The translations under genes were made by a program, and so were the position numbers. This document shows, one piece after another, positions 1 through 9,350 of a stretch of 32,000 nt of DNA (position 1 is its first letter; every line of letters starts with the position of its first letter). The DNA is from Pseudomonas aeruginosa (lineage in GTDB: Bacteria; Pseudomonadota; Gammaproteobacteria; Pseudomonadales; Pseudomonadaceae): positions 4,860,001-4,892,000 of the forward strand of contig NZ_LN831024.1 in assembly GCF_001457615.1 (NCBI RefSeq), in the 5' to 3' direction. The notes under the pieces were generated by a model, which saw nothing but the letters and a program-made list of their open reading frames with translations, was not told where the DNA came from and did not search any database.

Positions 1-101
1 CCGAGCTGCTGCGAACACTCCCGTGGGCCGTCCCGCCCCGGCAGCGCGGCGCAACCGCCGAGCAGGGCGGCGCACAGGCCGATGCCGATCAGTGCTTTCA
101 T
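1..101 (-). CDS. tadD: Tad pilus assembly lipoprotein TadD, N-terminal 33 codons only (gene runs off the left edge)
   Basis: ATG at 101..99 overlaps the tadC stop (ATGA), and GGAGGA lies 5 nt upstream. The translation MKALIGIGLCAALLGGCAALPGRDG is a signal peptide plus lipobox (LLGGC). The position after tadC matches tadD in the P. aeruginosa tad locus, so the family call rests on synteny. Confidence 0.55.
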   Translation of the reverse strand, partial: MKALIGIGLCAALLGGCAALPGRDGPRECSQQL

Positions 102-1009
102 CCCAGTCCTCCCAAGGCCTTGGTGATGGCAATGACGCCCGGACCGGCGAGGACGATCAGCAGCGCCGGGAACAGCAGCACCATCATCACCAGGCTCATC
201 TTCGCCGACAGCTTGCCGATGCGTTCCTGCAAGGTGGTCAGGCGCCGGTCTTCGAACAGTTGCTTGAGCGTCAGCAGGGTGCTGCGCGCACTGCCGCCCT
301 GGCGCAACATCTGCCGTAGCACGCCGCAGCAGTCGTTCAGCGGGTCCACCTGCAGGCGCCGGGCAAGCGCCTCCAGCTCTTCCGCCAGGTCGATGCCGTT
401 GTCGGCACGGGTCAGCGCCAGGTCCAGCTCGCGGGCCAGTTGCGGGGTGATCCCGCGGCCTTCCAGGCAGACCACGCGCAGCGTCTGCTCCACGGTCAGG
501 CCGGCGTCGAAGAGGATGCGGATCAGTTGCACGAACAGGATCATCTCGTCGGCGATCAGCGCCCGGCGCGCCTTGGCGAAGTGCTTGAGCACCTGCTTGG
601 GCAGGAGGAAACCGATGCCGGCGGCGAACAGCAGCGGCACCGCGTAGGACGCCTCGCTCTCGGCGCGCAGCAGCTTGACCAGCAAGACCAGGAGAACGAA
701 CAGCAGCGGCGTGAGGAACACCGAGATCAGGTACAGGGTCCGGTAGCGACTCTCGTGCCAGCCGGCCTGTTGCAGCAACTGGCGGGCCTCGCTGTCCATC
801 AGTTGCAGGCGCCGCACCCAGAAGCTGTCGTCCATCCGCTCGGTCATGCCGGCCAGCCACCTGGTCGAGCCGCCAGGGTTGGCCAGCGCTCCCAGGCGCC
901 TCTCGATCAGGCGCTGCTCGCGGCTGCCGTTGCGCGCCTGGAGCAACAGCAACAAGGCACCGCCGACCGCCATCAGGAGCGCCGCGAAAATCAGCCACTG
1001 TGCCTGCAT
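98..1009 (-). CDS. tadC: Tad pilus inner-membrane platform protein TadC (GspF-like)
   Basis: Track ORF 98..1015. I prefer ATG 1009 (MQAQWLIF, 303 aa) because AGGAGG (complement of 1015-1020) sits 5 nt upstream of it and would overlap the GTG at 1015. The product is a polytopic membrane protein. Its stop overlaps the tadD ATG, and it follows tadB as in tad loci. Confidence 0.85.
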   Translation of the reverse strand: MQAQWLIFAALLMAVGGALLLLLQARNGSREQRLIERRLGALANPGGSTRWLAGMTERMDDSFWVRRLQLMDSEARQLLQQAGWHESRYRTLYLISVFLTPLLFVLLVLLVKLLRAESEASYAVPLLFAAGIGFLLPKQVLKHFAKARRALIADEMILFVQLIRILFDAGLTVEQTLRVVCLEGRGITPQLARELDLALTRADNGIDLAEELEALARRLQVDPLNDCCGVLRQMLRQGGSARSTLLTLKQLFEDRRLTTLQERIGKLSAKMSLVMMVLLFPALLIVLAGPGVIAITKALGGLG

Positions 1010-1018
1010 GGCCACCTC

Positions 1019-1903
1019 CTAGACGCTCTTGAGCATGCGCCACAGCGCATAGCAGCCGAGCAGTTGCAGCCCGAGCGAGGCCAGGAGCAGGAAACGCCCG
1101 GTGCCGTCGGCCCACATGTTCAGCAGATAGCCCGGGTTGCTCGCCAGGATGTAGCCGCCCAGGGCGCTCGGCACGCCGGCCAGGACATAGGCGCTGATCC
1201 GTGTCTCGCCGGTCATCGCGTGCAACTGCCGGCTGAGCTTCTCGCGCTCGTGGATGAGCTTGACGATGCTGTCCAGCAGGTCGCTGGTATTGCCGCCATA
1301 ACGGTGGTTGACCGAGACGCCCAGGGCGAGGATGCGCAGCTCCTCAACCTCGTAGAGTTCGGCGACTTCCTGCAACGCCTCCGGCAGGTGGATGCCGAGA
1401 AGCACGTGGTTGCGCGCCAGGGTGAAGATGTCGCGCAGCGGCTCCTCGGCATTCTCCACTGCCTGCATTAGCGCGTCGCCCAGCGTGCGCCCGGCGTGCA
1501 GGCTGCGCACTACCTGGTCGAGGAAACGCGGCATCTGCCGGATCATTCGCTTCAGGCGGCGCTGGTAGAGCATGCCCAGGGCGACGCGGCAGGACAGCGC
1601 CGCCAGTAGCAGGCCGCCTAGCGCGCCGACGATGCCGAACAGGCGTAATCCGCTCCAGACCAGCAGCAGCGCAAGCACTGCCGCCCCGAACAACCACGGA
1701 CGCGGGCGCTGGATACCGGCGCGACGCATCTGGCGAGCCAGCCAGTGACTGCTGCGCGGCCGCACCGCGACCGCCTCCTGGCGTCCCAGCAGCCGTTCAA
1801 CCACCAGTTCGTTGCGCCCGGCGCGCCAGCCCATGAACGCCAGGGCCAGCGCGGCGAAAGCCAGCACGCCGCTGAACAGCACCAGCAGTTGCGCGCCGTT
1901 CAC
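1019..1903 (-). CDS. tadB: Tad pilus inner-membrane platform protein TadB (GspF-like)
   Basis: Track ORF, 294 aa. The GTG start at 1903..1901 overlaps the tadA stop (GTGA). Polytopic membrane protein paralogous in architecture to TadC. Confidence 0.85.
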   Translation of the reverse strand: MNGAQLLVLFSGVLAFAALALAFMGWRAGRNELVVERLLGRQEAVAVRPRSSHWLARQMRRAGIQRPRPWLFGAAVLALLLVWSGLRLFGIVGALGGLLLAALSCRVALGMLYQRRLKRMIRQMPRFLDQVVRSLHAGRTLGDALMQAVENAEEPLRDIFTLARNHVLLGIHLPEALQEVAELYEVEELRILALGVSVNHRYGGNTSDLLDSIVKLIHEREKLSRQLHAMTGETRISAYVLAGVPSALGGYILASNPGYLLNMWADGTGRFLLLASLGLQLLGCYALWRMLKSV

Positions 1904-3165
1904 AGCAGCGCCTGGCGGAATTTCTGCCCGACCGGCGCGGCCTGGCGGACGAACTGCCCGCTACCGCGCCGGTCGAGACTGAACAGCGTATTGGTGACGT
2001 ACACACCGTCGCGCACCTCCAGCACCTCCAGCACTTCGCTGATGCAACGCCGACCGCTGGCCAGGCGGGTGATCTGCACCACCACGTCCAGCGCGGCGCA
2101 GATCATCAGGCGCAAGGTCTGCTCCGGCAGCCTGTTACCGGTCAGGCCGACCAGCATCTCCATGCGCAGCAGCGAATCCATCGCCGAGTTGGCGTGCACC
2201 GTGCTCATCGAGCCGTCGTGGCCGGTGTTCATCGCCTGCAGCACGTCGAGCACCTCGACGCCGCGGATCTCGCCGAGGATGATCCGGTCCGGGCGCATCC
2301 GCAGGGCGTTGCGGATCAGGTCGCGGGCGGTCACCTCGCCGTAGCCCTCGGCGTTCGGCGGACGGGTCTCCAGACGCACCACGTGGTCGTGGCCGAGTTG
2401 CAGCTCGGCGGTGTCCTCGATGGTGACGATCCGCTCGCGTTCGTCGATGAAGCCGCTGATGACGTTGAGCAAGGTGGTCTTGCCGGTGCCGGTGCCGCCA
2501 CTGATGAGGATGTTGCAGCGGCGCGAGACCGCCTGGCGGAGGAACTCGAGCAAGGCTTCGTCGACGCTCTGGTAGGCCAGCAGGTCGGCACTGCGCAGCA
2601 GCTCCTGGCTGAACTTGCGGATCGAGATGCACGGCCCGTCCAGCGCCACCGGGGGAATGATCGCGTTGACCCGGCTGCCGTCCGGCAGGCGCGCGTCGAC
2701 CATCGGGCTGGACTCGTCCAGGCGTCGGCCGAGGGGCGCGAGGATACGCTGGATCACCCGCAGCACATGGTGGTCGTCGATGAAGCGCAGGTCGCTCTGG
2801 TAGAGCCGCCCTTCCCGCTCGACGAACACCCGGCCCGGCCCGTTGACGAGGATTTCCGAGACGCCGGGATCGCGCAGGAGGATCTCCAGCGGGCCGAAGC
2901 CGGTGAGTTCGTCGACCACCTCTTCGGCCAGGCGGTCCAGTTCGTAGCGGGAGATCGCCAGTTGATGGCGCGAGCCGTATTCGCAGACCTTTTCCGAGAC
3001 GTACTGGACCACGGCGGAGCGCGCGCCCTCCAGCAGGTTCATGCCGTCTTCGTCGATCTCGTCGATGATGTAGCGGTGCAGGCGCAGCTTCAGCGCCTGG
3101 ATGTCCTGCTCCTGGCGGGAGTGGAAGGCACCGCCGTCAGGACGCGCGCCGAATCCCGTGCTCAT
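1900..3165 (-). CDS. tadA: Tad pilus secretion ATPase TadA/CpaF
   Basis: This is the C-terminal 421 codons of the 1033-aa track ORF 1900..5001. ATG 3165..3163 ([12 protein letters not shown]) overlaps the tadZ stop (ATGA). Motifs present: Walker [22 protein letters not shown] and [11 protein letters not shown], typical of the VirB11/CpaF ATPase family. Confidence 0.93.
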   Translation of the reverse strand: MSTGFGARPDGGAFHSRQEQDIQALKLRLHRYIIDEIDEDGMNLLEGARSAVVQYVSEKVCEYGSRHQLAISRYELDRLAEEVVDELTGFGPLEILLRDPGVSEILVNGPGRVFVEREGRLYQSDLRFIDDHHVLRVIQRILAPLGRRLDESSPMVDARLPDGSRVNAIIPPVALDGPCISIRKFSQELLRSADLLAYQSVDEALLEFLRQAVSRRCNILISGGTGTGKTTLLNVISGFIDERERIVTIEDTAELQLGHDHVVRLETRPPNAEGYGEVTARDLIRNALRMRPDRIILGEIRGVEVLDVLQAMNTGHDGSMSTVHANSAMDSLLRMEMLVGLTGNRLPEQTLRLMICAALDVVVQITRLASGRRCISEVLEVLEVRDGVYVTNTLFSLDRRGSGQFVRQAAPVGQKFRQALL

Positions 3166-4346
3166 AGCAGCGCCGCCTTGGCCCGGCCGAGCCAGGACAG
3201 CAGCGAACGGCGCTCGCCGCGTGTCACGCACAGGCTGTCCGCCAGTTGCCGCAGCTTGGCCGCCAATGGGTCGCGCGGCGCCACCTCGAACAGGCTCTTG
3301 CCGAGGTTCTTCGCGCGCAGGCGCGATTCCGGGGACAACGGCAGGACACCGAACAGATCGAGGTCGAACATCCGGCTTAGGGCCTGCTGGTCCGGCGCCA
3401 CATTGGGCAGGTAGCGCTCGATCAGCAACTCGATGGAGGGCAACGGCAGGTTGCGCTCGCGCAGGCGGCGCAGGCGCTCCAGGCCCTTCTTGCAGGACGG
3501 CACGCTCTGGTCGACCATCCACAGCACGCGGTTGGCCTGCACCAGCAACTGGTTGCTCAGCTCGCCCTCGGGCAGCCCGGTGAGGTTGACCACCACATGG
3601 CTGAACGCCCCGCGCAGGTTGCCCAGCAACAGATAGAGTTCGGCGGTGGTGACTCGCTCCAGCACGCCGGGCTCGTCGGTCAGGCTGAGTATCCGCAGGC
3701 CGCTGTCGAGGCGGGTGAAGGCGCTGTCGATCAGGGTCTGGTCGAGGCGCCGCAGGTTGCGCAAGGCATCGCTGAAGGTGAAGGCCGAGTCCAGGCCGAG
3801 GATCGCCAGCGCCTCGCCGGTGGGCTGGCCGACGTCCAGCAGCAGGACCTGGTTCGGCGTCTGCTCCTGCAACGCCTTGGCCAGGTGCAAGGCGACGAAG
3901 GCGCCGTCGGCGTCCGGTCGGGCGCTGACCAGGGTCAGCAGCTCGCCCTGGCGCGCCGCGCTCACCGGCACGCTGGGCAGGCGTCCGCCGAGGCGCCGGA
4001 TCAGCCCGGTCAGCTCGCTGGCGCGGGCGCCGTAGGTGATGAAGTCGCGCGCGCCGGCGCGCATCGCCGCCAGCACCAACTGGTTGTCCAGGCCGTCGCC
4101 GATGGCCACCACCGAGAGCATCGGCCGCGCCGATACCAATCCCTCGACCAGCGCGCCCTGGGACACCAGGTTGCTTTTGCCGAGGCTGATGAACAGCACC
4201 CCGGCGGCGGTGACGTCGAGCAGCGCCAGCAGCTCCTCCAGGCTGGCGCTGCCTGCCGGAACCACCTGGCCGGCGGACGCCAGGCTGTTCTGCAACCAGT
4301 CGAGTTCGCCGGGATGCTGGGTCAGCGCCACGAAGTTCTGGTTCAT
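3162..4346 (-). CDS. tadZ: Tad pilus localisation protein TadZ/CpaE (ParA/MinD-like with receiver-like N-domain)
   Basis: Track ORF, 394 aa, with AGGAGG 6 nt upstream of ATG 4346. Where MinD/ParA proteins carry the P-loop, this protein reads VSARPDADGAF (degenerate), as expected for TadZ-type proteins. It sits between rcpA and tadA. Confidence 0.85.
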   Translation of the reverse strand: MNQNFVALTQHPGELDWLQNSLASAGQVVPAGSASLEELLALLDVTAAGVLFISLGKSNLVSQGALVEGLVSARPMLSVVAIGDGLDNQLVLAAMRAGARDFITYGARASELTGLIRRLGGRLPSVPVSAARQGELLTLVSARPDADGAFVALHLAKALQEQTPNQVLLLDVGQPTGEALAILGLDSAFTFSDALRNLRRLDQTLIDSAFTRLDSGLRILSLTDEPGVLERVTTAELYLLLGNLRGAFSHVVVNLTGLPEGELSNQLLVQANRVLWMVDQSVPSCKKGLERLRRLRERNLPLPSIELLIERYLPNVAPDQQALSRMFDLDLFGVLPLSPESRLRAKNLGKSLFEVAPRDPLAAKLRQLADSLCVTRGERRSLLSWLGRAKAALL

Positions 4347-4355
4347 GCGCGCCTC

Positions 4356-5606
4356 CTAATCCGACAGACCGGTGTCGTTCTGCTGGCCGTCGTACTCGCC
4401 GCGCTCGAGGAAGTACAGGCGCGAGAACCCCGGATCGTAGTGCCGCAGGCCCTCGCCGGGCAGGTCCGGCAACTGTGCGTCGGCGGCCAGCGGCTGGACC
4501 AGGTGCGGGGTGACGATCATCAGCAGCTCGCGGTCGTCCTTGTCCAGCTTGGTCGAGCGGAAGAACGCACCGAGGATCGGGATGTCGCCCAGCCAGGGAA
4601 ACTTGTCGACGTTGCTCACCGAGTTGCTGCTGGTCAGCCCGCTGATCACGAAGCTCTCGCCGTCGGCCAGCATCACGCTGGTGTCGGTGCGCCGGACGCG
4701 CAGTGCCGGCACCGCCACCCCGCCGCTCTGGATGCCGGCGCTGTAGTCCAGTTCGCTGACCTCCGGCGCCACCTTGAGAGCGATGCGGCGGTTGTTCATC
4801 ACCGTCGGGGTGAGGGTCAGGCGGATGCCGAACTCCTTGTATTCGATGGTGACGTTGTCGTTGGTGCCGTTCGGCACCGGGATCGGAAACTCGCCGCCGG
4901 CGAGGAACGACGCGCTCTGCCCGCTCATCGCCACCAGGCTCGGGCGCGCCAGGGTATAGGCGAAGCCGCTGCCCTCCAGGGCATTCATGAAGCTCAACCA
5001 CTTGCCGCCGCCGAAGATCAGGTTGAATCCCGAGCTGCCGGTGCCGAAGGTGCCGCCCAGGCCGCTGCCGTCGGCATTGACCTTGATGTCGCCGAGGCTG
5101 CCCGGCGCACCGAGCACCCAGAGGTTGCCGCCGCGGCGGACGAACGAGGTGCTGGCCTGCTTCAGCTTGCTGCGGCTGACCTCGACGAAGCGGATATCGG
5201 TCTGCACCTGGTTCGGCAGCTCCTCTGCGGCGCCGACGGTGAACGCTGGAGCACCGCGGGTATCGACGCTACCGCGTCCCTCGACCTCCACCAGGCTGCG
5301 CAACGGCTCGGGACTGCAGCCGGTCCAGATCAGCAGGCTGGTGGAGCCCTGTTCCTTACCGGTGACCAGGAAGCCGCGACGATCCAGCAACTGTACGTCG
5401 GCGATCTTCGGATCGCCGATGGCCAGCCGTTCGATCGGCACCGCCAGGCGCAGGTCACGCTGTTGTCCCTGGACGACGTCGACCCGCGGCGCCTGCGCCA
5501 GCAACTCGATGCAGCCCTGCGGCAAAGCCAGTGCCGGCAGCGCCAACGCCACCCCCAGCAGCCCTCCCAGCCAGCGCGACACGCCTATCCCGGTGCTCCG
5601 ATGCAT
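4356..5606 (-). CDS. rcpA: Tad pilus outer-membrane secretin RcpA/CpaC
   Basis: Track ORF 4356..5633. I prefer ATG 5606 (MHRSTGIGVSRWLGGLLGVALALPALA, 416 aa). GAGGGGAG lies 7 nt upstream of it, whereas ATG 5633 has no SD and would overlap rcpC. The C-terminus is secretin-like (FRSTKLDKDDRELLMIVTPHLV). Confidence 0.88.
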   Translation of the reverse strand: MHRSTGIGVSRWLGGLLGVALALPALALPQGCIELLAQAPRVDVVQGQQRDLRLAVPIERLAIGDPKIADVQLLDRRGFLVTGKEQGSTSLLIWTGCSPEPLRSLVEVEGRGSVDTRGAPAFTVGAAEELPNQVQTDIRFVEVSRSKLKQASTSFVRRGGNLWVLGAPGSLGDIKVNADGSGLGGTFGTGSSGFNLIFGGGKWLSFMNALEGSGFAYTLARPSLVAMSGQSASFLAGGEFPIPVPNGTNDNVTIEYKEFGIRLTLTPTVMNNRRIALKVAPEVSELDYSAGIQSGGVAVPALRVRRTDTSVMLADGESFVISGLTSSNSVSNVDKFPWLGDIPILGAFFRSTKLDKDDRELLMIVTPHLVQPLAADAQLPDLPGEGLRHYDPGFSRLYFLERGEYDGQQNDTGLSD

Positions 5607-5619
5607 ATGCCGGCTCCCC

Positions 5620-6531
5620 TCAAGGCACTTCATGGGTCATGGCGCTGCCACGGTAGACCGTGACCCCGTTGGCCACCGGCACGCGCGGAGCCGCGCTGCG
5701 CACGCTCGGCGCCGTCGGTTTGCGGCGCTCCAGCAGTTGGTCGAGACTCAGCGCCGCGCTCGGCGCGCCCAGCGACGCTTGCAGCAGCGCGCCTTCCTGC
5801 TCCCTGCGGTAGAGTTCTTCGTCCTTGCTGCGGATGGCCAGGCGCAGCGAACCGGCCTGGCTCGCCAGCATCAGCCGCGCCACGCCGTCCTCCGGTACCG
5901 CCAGCACCGCGGTACGCGGCGGACGCGGGTCCTTTTCCTGGTTCGAGCGGTCCTGTCCATCGCTGCCCACGGCGATCCGCTCGCCGTAGGTCAGTACCCG
6001 GACGCCGGGCAACACCAGTTGCGCCAGCGGGGTCGATTCGCCGTCCCGCTCGTCACGCACGAAGAGCATCACGTCGACATAGTCGCCGGGCAGGACGAAG
6101 CCGCCGCCGCCGACCACTTCGTCCACAGCGATCGCCATCGCCCGCTCGTCCGGACGGATGGTCCGGGCCAGCGGACCGCCGGGTTCGAGGGTCGCGGCGG
6201 AAAGAATGCTGCCGGCCGGCACCGCGACCCAGACCCGCTTGCCGAGCAACGCCTCGGGCCTGTCGTAGCTACCGACCGGTGCGGTCCGCAACAGCTCGAC
6301 GCTCAGGTCGTCCTTGCCGATCACCGCCAGCGCCGGGAGATCGCGACTGGCCACCAGCACCGGCTTGCGTTCGAGCTTTTCCAGCGAAGCGTCCACCGTC
6401 GCCGAAGCCGGCGCCACGGATGGAGCGTGCGCGTTCGATGGCGCGCGGCCGATGGATACGCCGAGGTATCCGAGCAACACCGCACCGAGCAGCAGCAGGC
6501 CGGCCAGGGCCATCAGCACCTTGCTATTCAT
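5620..6531 (-). CDS. rcpC: Flp pilus assembly protein RcpC/CpaB (SAF domain)
   Basis: Track ORF, 303 aa, with a single N-terminal TM helix (ALAGLLLLGAVLLGYLGV). It is the first gene of the minus-strand tad operon and is divergent from flp. Confidence 0.85.
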   Translation of the reverse strand: MNSKVLMALAGLLLLGAVLLGYLGVSIGRAPSNAHAPSVAPASATVDASLEKLERKPVLVASRDLPALAVIGKDDLSVELLRTAPVGSYDRPEALLGKRVWVAVPAGSILSAATLEPGGPLARTIRPDERAMAIAVDEVVGGGGFVLPGDYVDVMLFVRDERDGESTPLAQLVLPGVRVLTYGERIAVGSDGQDRSNQEKDPRPPRTAVLAVPEDGVARLMLASQAGSLRLAIRSKDEELYRREQEGALLQASLGAPSAALSLDQLLERRKPTAPSVRSAAPRVPVANGVTVYRGSAMTHEVP

Positions 6532-6940
6532 GGGCAGACCCCTGCTATGCGTCCGGACAGGTCGATGAACGGAAAATCACCGGCGATCGCCGATGAACGA
6601 AAAAGAAAAAGTGGCGTCTTGCTGTCCGTGTCATGGCCATACTCCGGGACTGGCTTTCCATGGCAGGTACATTGGGGTTATCGACTGGCGACAGTCGTTA
6701 TTCAAGAACCAAAGTTCATAACTTCGAACTTGCGACGATAGGCCTGAATCTAGACTCGGGATAATCAATGTCAATTTGTCATTAGATGTAGTCCAAGCCT
6801 TGTAACCCGCCATATAACCTTGCGACTAATCCACTCCTACTAATGCCATTTAGTTGTTGCAAAACGCCATCATCGGCCTAGCCTCAGCGTGGAGGCAGGG
6901 CTCTGTCTCGGTGATTGCCGCGTTCGAGGAGCAAACAAGA
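6532..6940. promoter_or_regulatory. Divergent rcpC/flp control region, AT-rich
   Basis: This 409-bp region has no credible ORF. It is about 45% G+C by hand count over 6601-6860, against well above 60% in the flanking genes. A 13/14 direct repeat CGATGAACG[G/A]AAAA lies at 6563-6576 and 6591-6604. The region must hold the promoters of both transcription units; I did not map their exact -10/-35 elements. Confidence 0.6.
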
Positions 6941-7159
6941 ATGAAGAACCTGACCCTGTTCGTGTATTGCAAACTTCGCGCATTCCTGGCGGACGAAGAA
7001 GGGGCAAACGCCATCGAATACGCGGTTATCGCCGGTTTGATCGCGGTGGCTCTGATTGCCGTATTGAGTCCCACGGACAGTGGTATCGTCGGCGGGCTGA
7101 AAGCCTTCTTCGACGGAGTCGGCGAAAAAGTCGGCGGGCTGGCTCCGACAGCGAACTGA
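6941..7159 (+). CDS. flp: Flp type IVb prepilin
   Basis: 72 aa, from the internal ATG of track ORF 6854..7159, with GAGGA 10 nt upstream. It carries the Flp processing motif G/XXXXEY (EEG|ANAIEYAVIAGLIAVALIAV) followed by a hydrophobic helix. Confidence 0.93.
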   Translation: MKNLTLFVYCKLRAFLADEEGANAIEYAVIAGLIAVALIAVLSPTDSGIVGGLKAFFDGVGEKVGGLAPTAN

Positions 7160-7185
7160 CGCGAGCGCTTTCCCGGTCGCTTCCC

Positions 7186-7218
7186 ATAGTGGCGCCATTT
7201 TCATGGCGCCACTATTTT
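7186..7218 (+). terminator. Rho-independent terminator after flp
   Basis: A perfect 13-bp stem ATAGTGGCGCCAT (7186-7198) pairs with ATGGCGCCACTAT (7203-7215) across a 4-nt loop, followed by a T run. Confidence 0.8.
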
Positions 7219-7348
7219 GCCTTTGTAATGGCACTGTGCTACAAAGCCTGCCGTTCAGGCGCTGGATCATGGCTTTCCCCCGCAAGCTCCCTACCTGGTG
7301 GCCTGGGCTCCCCGCCCTTCTTGAGGCTTTTGCCAGGACGCATCGCTC

Positions 7349-9247
7349 ATGCTTCGCTCGCTGTCGTTTGCCAAGAAAATCCTTCTCGCCGCCGCGCTGG
7401 TGGTAGTTTTCGCCTTCAGCTGCTTCATCCTCTACAACGATTACCGACAGCGCGAGGCCGTGCGCACGGACACGGAAAACTACCTCGGGGAAATCGGCAC
7501 CCTGACCGCCAGCAACATCCAGAGCTGGCTGGAAGGCCGCATGCACCTGGTGGAAGGCCTGGCCTCGCAACTGGCGCTGCTCGACCAGCCCGACGAGGCG
7601 AATATCGCAAGGCAACTGGAACAGCCCGTCTTCAGCCGCAATTTCGCGTCGGTCTATCTTGGCGAGGCGGCCAGCGGCACCTTCACCATGCGCCCCTACG
7701 ACGCCATGCCGGAAGGTTACGACCCACGTACCCGCGCCTGGTACAAGGACGCGCTGGCGGCCGACCGGCTGATCGTCACCGAACCTTTCGTCGATGCCGG
7801 CACCGGCGAGCAGATCCTCGCCATGTCGCTGCCGGTGCGGCACGCCGGTCAACTGCTGGGCGTCGCCGCCGGCGACATGAAGCTGGAGACCCTGACCGCG
7901 ATCCTCAATTCCCTGAAGTTCGACGGTGCCGGCTACGCCTTCCTGGTCAGCGACGCCGGCAAGATCCTCCTCCACCCCGACTCCGGGCTGGTCCTGAAGA
8001 CCCTCGCCGAAGCCTATCCCAAAGGCGCACCGAACATCGTCCCCGGGGTCCACGAGGTGGAACTCGACGGTCGCAGCCAGTTCGTTTCCTTCACCCCGGT
8101 GAAGGGACTGCCCGGCGTGACCTGGTACGTCGCCCTGGTCCTCGACCGCGACACCGCCTATTCGATGCTCAGCGAATTCCGCACTTCGGCGATCGTCGCC
8201 ACGCTAATCGCGGTGGTCGGCATCATGCTTCTCCTCGGCATGCTGATCCGCGTACTGATGCAACCGCTCACCGACATGGGCCGCGCCATGCAGGACATCG
8301 CCCAGGGCGAAGGCGACCTGACCAAGCGCCTGAAGGTCACCAGCAACGATGAATTCGGTACGTTGGCCAATGCCTTCAACCGCTTCGTCGAGCGTATCCA
8401 CGAATCGATCCGCGAGGTCGCCGGGACCGCTCGCCAACTGCACGATGTGGCGCAACTGGTGGTGAACGCCTCGAACTCCTCGATGGCCAACTCCGACGAG
8501 CAGTCCAACCGCACCAACAGCGTCGCAGCAGCGATCAACGAACTCGGCGCCGCCGCCCAGGAAATCGCCCGCAACGCCGCCGATGCCTCGCACCACGCCT
8601 CCGACGCCAACCACCAGGCCGAAGACGGCAAGCAGGTGGTCGAGCAGACCATCCGCGCGATGAACGAGCTTTCCGAGAAGATCAGCGCCTCCTGTGCCAA
8701 CATCGAGGCCCTCAACAGCCGCACGGTGAACATCGGCCAGATCCTCGAAGTGATCAAGGGCATCTCCGAGCAGACCAACCTGCTCGCCCTCAACGCCGCC
8801 ATCGAAGCCGCGCGCGCCGGCGAGGCCGGACGCGGCTTCGCGGTGGTCGCCGACGAGGTGCGCAACCTGGCCCACCGTGCCCAGGAGTCGGCCCAGCAGA
8901 TCCAGAAGATGATCGAAGAGCTGCAAGTCGGCGCCCGCGAGGCGGTGGCCACCATGACCGAAAGCCAGCGTTACAGCCTGGAGAGCGTGGAGATCGCCAA
9001 CCGTGCCGGCGAACGCCTGGGTAGCGTGACCAGCCGGATCGGCGAGATCGACAGCATGAACCAGTCGGTGGCCACTGCCACCGAGGAACAGACCGCGGTG
9101 GTCGACTCGCTGAACATGGACATCACCGAGATCAACACCCTCAACCAGGAAGGCGTGGAGAACCTCCAGGCCACCCTGCGCGCCTGCGGCGAGCTGGAAA
9201 CCCAGGCCGGGCGCCTGCGGCACCTGGTGGACAGCTTCAAGATCTGA
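7349..9247 (+). CDS. pctC: Methyl-accepting chemotaxis protein PctC (dCache ligand-binding domain, HAMP, MCP signalling domain)
   Basis: Track ORF, 632 aa. Domains are an N-terminal TM helix, a periplasmic dCache-type region, a second TM helix, a HAMP domain and a conserved signalling hairpin ([32 protein letters not shown]). It is the first of the three paralogs next to flp, as in PAO1. Confidence 0.9.
   Translation: MLRSLSFAKKILLAAALVVVFAFSCFILYNDYRQREAVRTDTENYLGEIGTLTASNIQSWLEGRMHLVEGLASQLALLDQPDEANIARQLEQPVFSRNFASVYLGEAASGTFTMRPYDAMPEGYDPRTRAWYKDALAADRLIVTEPFVDAGTGEQILAMSLPVRHAGQLLGVAAGDMKLETLTAILNSLKFDGAGYAFLVSDAGKILLHPDSGLVLKTLAEAYPKGAPNIVPGVHEVELDGRSQFVSFTPVKGLPGVTWYVALVLDRDTAYSMLSEFRTSAIVATLIAVVGIMLLLGMLIRVLMQPLTDMGRAMQDIAQGEGDLTKRLKVTSNDEFGTLANAFNRFVERIHESIREVAGTARQLHDVAQLVVNASNSSMANSDEQSNRTNSVAAAINELGAAAQEIARNAADASHHASDANHQAEDGKQVVEQTIRAMNELSEKISASCANIEALNSRTVNIGQILEVIKGISEQTNLLALNAAIEAARAGEAGRGFAVVADEVRNLAHRAQESAQQIQKMIEELQVGAREAVATMTESQRYSLESVEIANRAGERLGSVTSRIGEIDSMNQSVATATEEQTAVVDSLNMDITEINTLNQEGVENLQATLRACGELETQAGRLRHLVDSFKI
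8231..9247 (+). repeat. pct 3' repeat, copy 1 (HAMP plus signalling domain)
   Basis: This copy aligns base-for-base with 14238-15254 at offset +6007. The first ~128 nt are identical and later identical runs exceed 100 nt. The core 8452-9247 also matches 12335-13130 at offset +3883. Confidence 0.9.
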
Positions 9248-9264
9248 GCCCGTCCGTCCCACAG

Positions 9265-9293
9265 GCCGGCTAACCGCGAAGCGGTTAGCCGGC
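9265..9293. repeat. REP-like extragenic hairpin downstream of pctC
   Basis: GCCGGCTAACCGC-GAA-GCGGTTAGCCGGC forms a perfect 13-bp stem. Homologous hairpins follow pctA and pctB. Confidence 0.6.
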
Positions 9294-9308
9294 GATCATC
9301 CAGCCCCC

Positions 9309-9340
9309 ATGAAAAAGGCGCCCGCGGGCGCCTTTTTCAT
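9309..9340. terminator. Bidirectional rho-independent terminator between pctC and the DUF853 gene
   Basis: Perfect palindrome ATGAAAAAGGCGCCCGCGGGCGCCTTTTTCAT. The GC stem is flanked by an A5 run and a T5 run, so it can terminate both convergent genes. Confidence 0.85.
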
Positions 9341-9350
9341 GGCCTGGCGC

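Noticed and set aside
1900-5001. 1033-aa minus-strand ORF that would be by far the largest protein in the tad region
   Set aside because: Only the last 421 codons (from ATG 3165) are TadA. The upstream ~610 codons are Arg/Pro/Gly/Ala-rich low-complexity sequence read out of frame through tadZ and rcpA, which have their own SD-preceded starts and recognisable families. This is a high-GC open-frame artefact.
3597-6741. Long plus-strand ORFs (3597..5663, 688 aa; 4987..6741, 584 aa; also 440..1471 and 2194..3414) opposite the tad genes
   Set aside because: They are antisense shadow ORFs. They have low-complexity composition rich in Ala, Gly, Arg and Gln, no SD, no recognisable motifs, and each fully overlaps a well-supported minus-strand gene.
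6631-7074. Small minus-strand ORFs in and beside the flp control region (6631..6813, 60 aa; 6850..7074, 74 aa), and the 101-aa version of flp starting at 6854
   Set aside because: They lack an SD, have atypical composition, and one is antisense to flp. The flp start at 6941 has an SD and gives the canonical short leader before the G/XXXXEY processing site.
1-7159. Treating the tad/flp locus as the novel system or as a recently acquired island
   Set aside because: It is the well-characterised Flp/Tad type IVb pilus machinery with all genes assignable. The coding regions have genome-typical high GC, and no integrase, tRNA or flanking repeats are present in the window.
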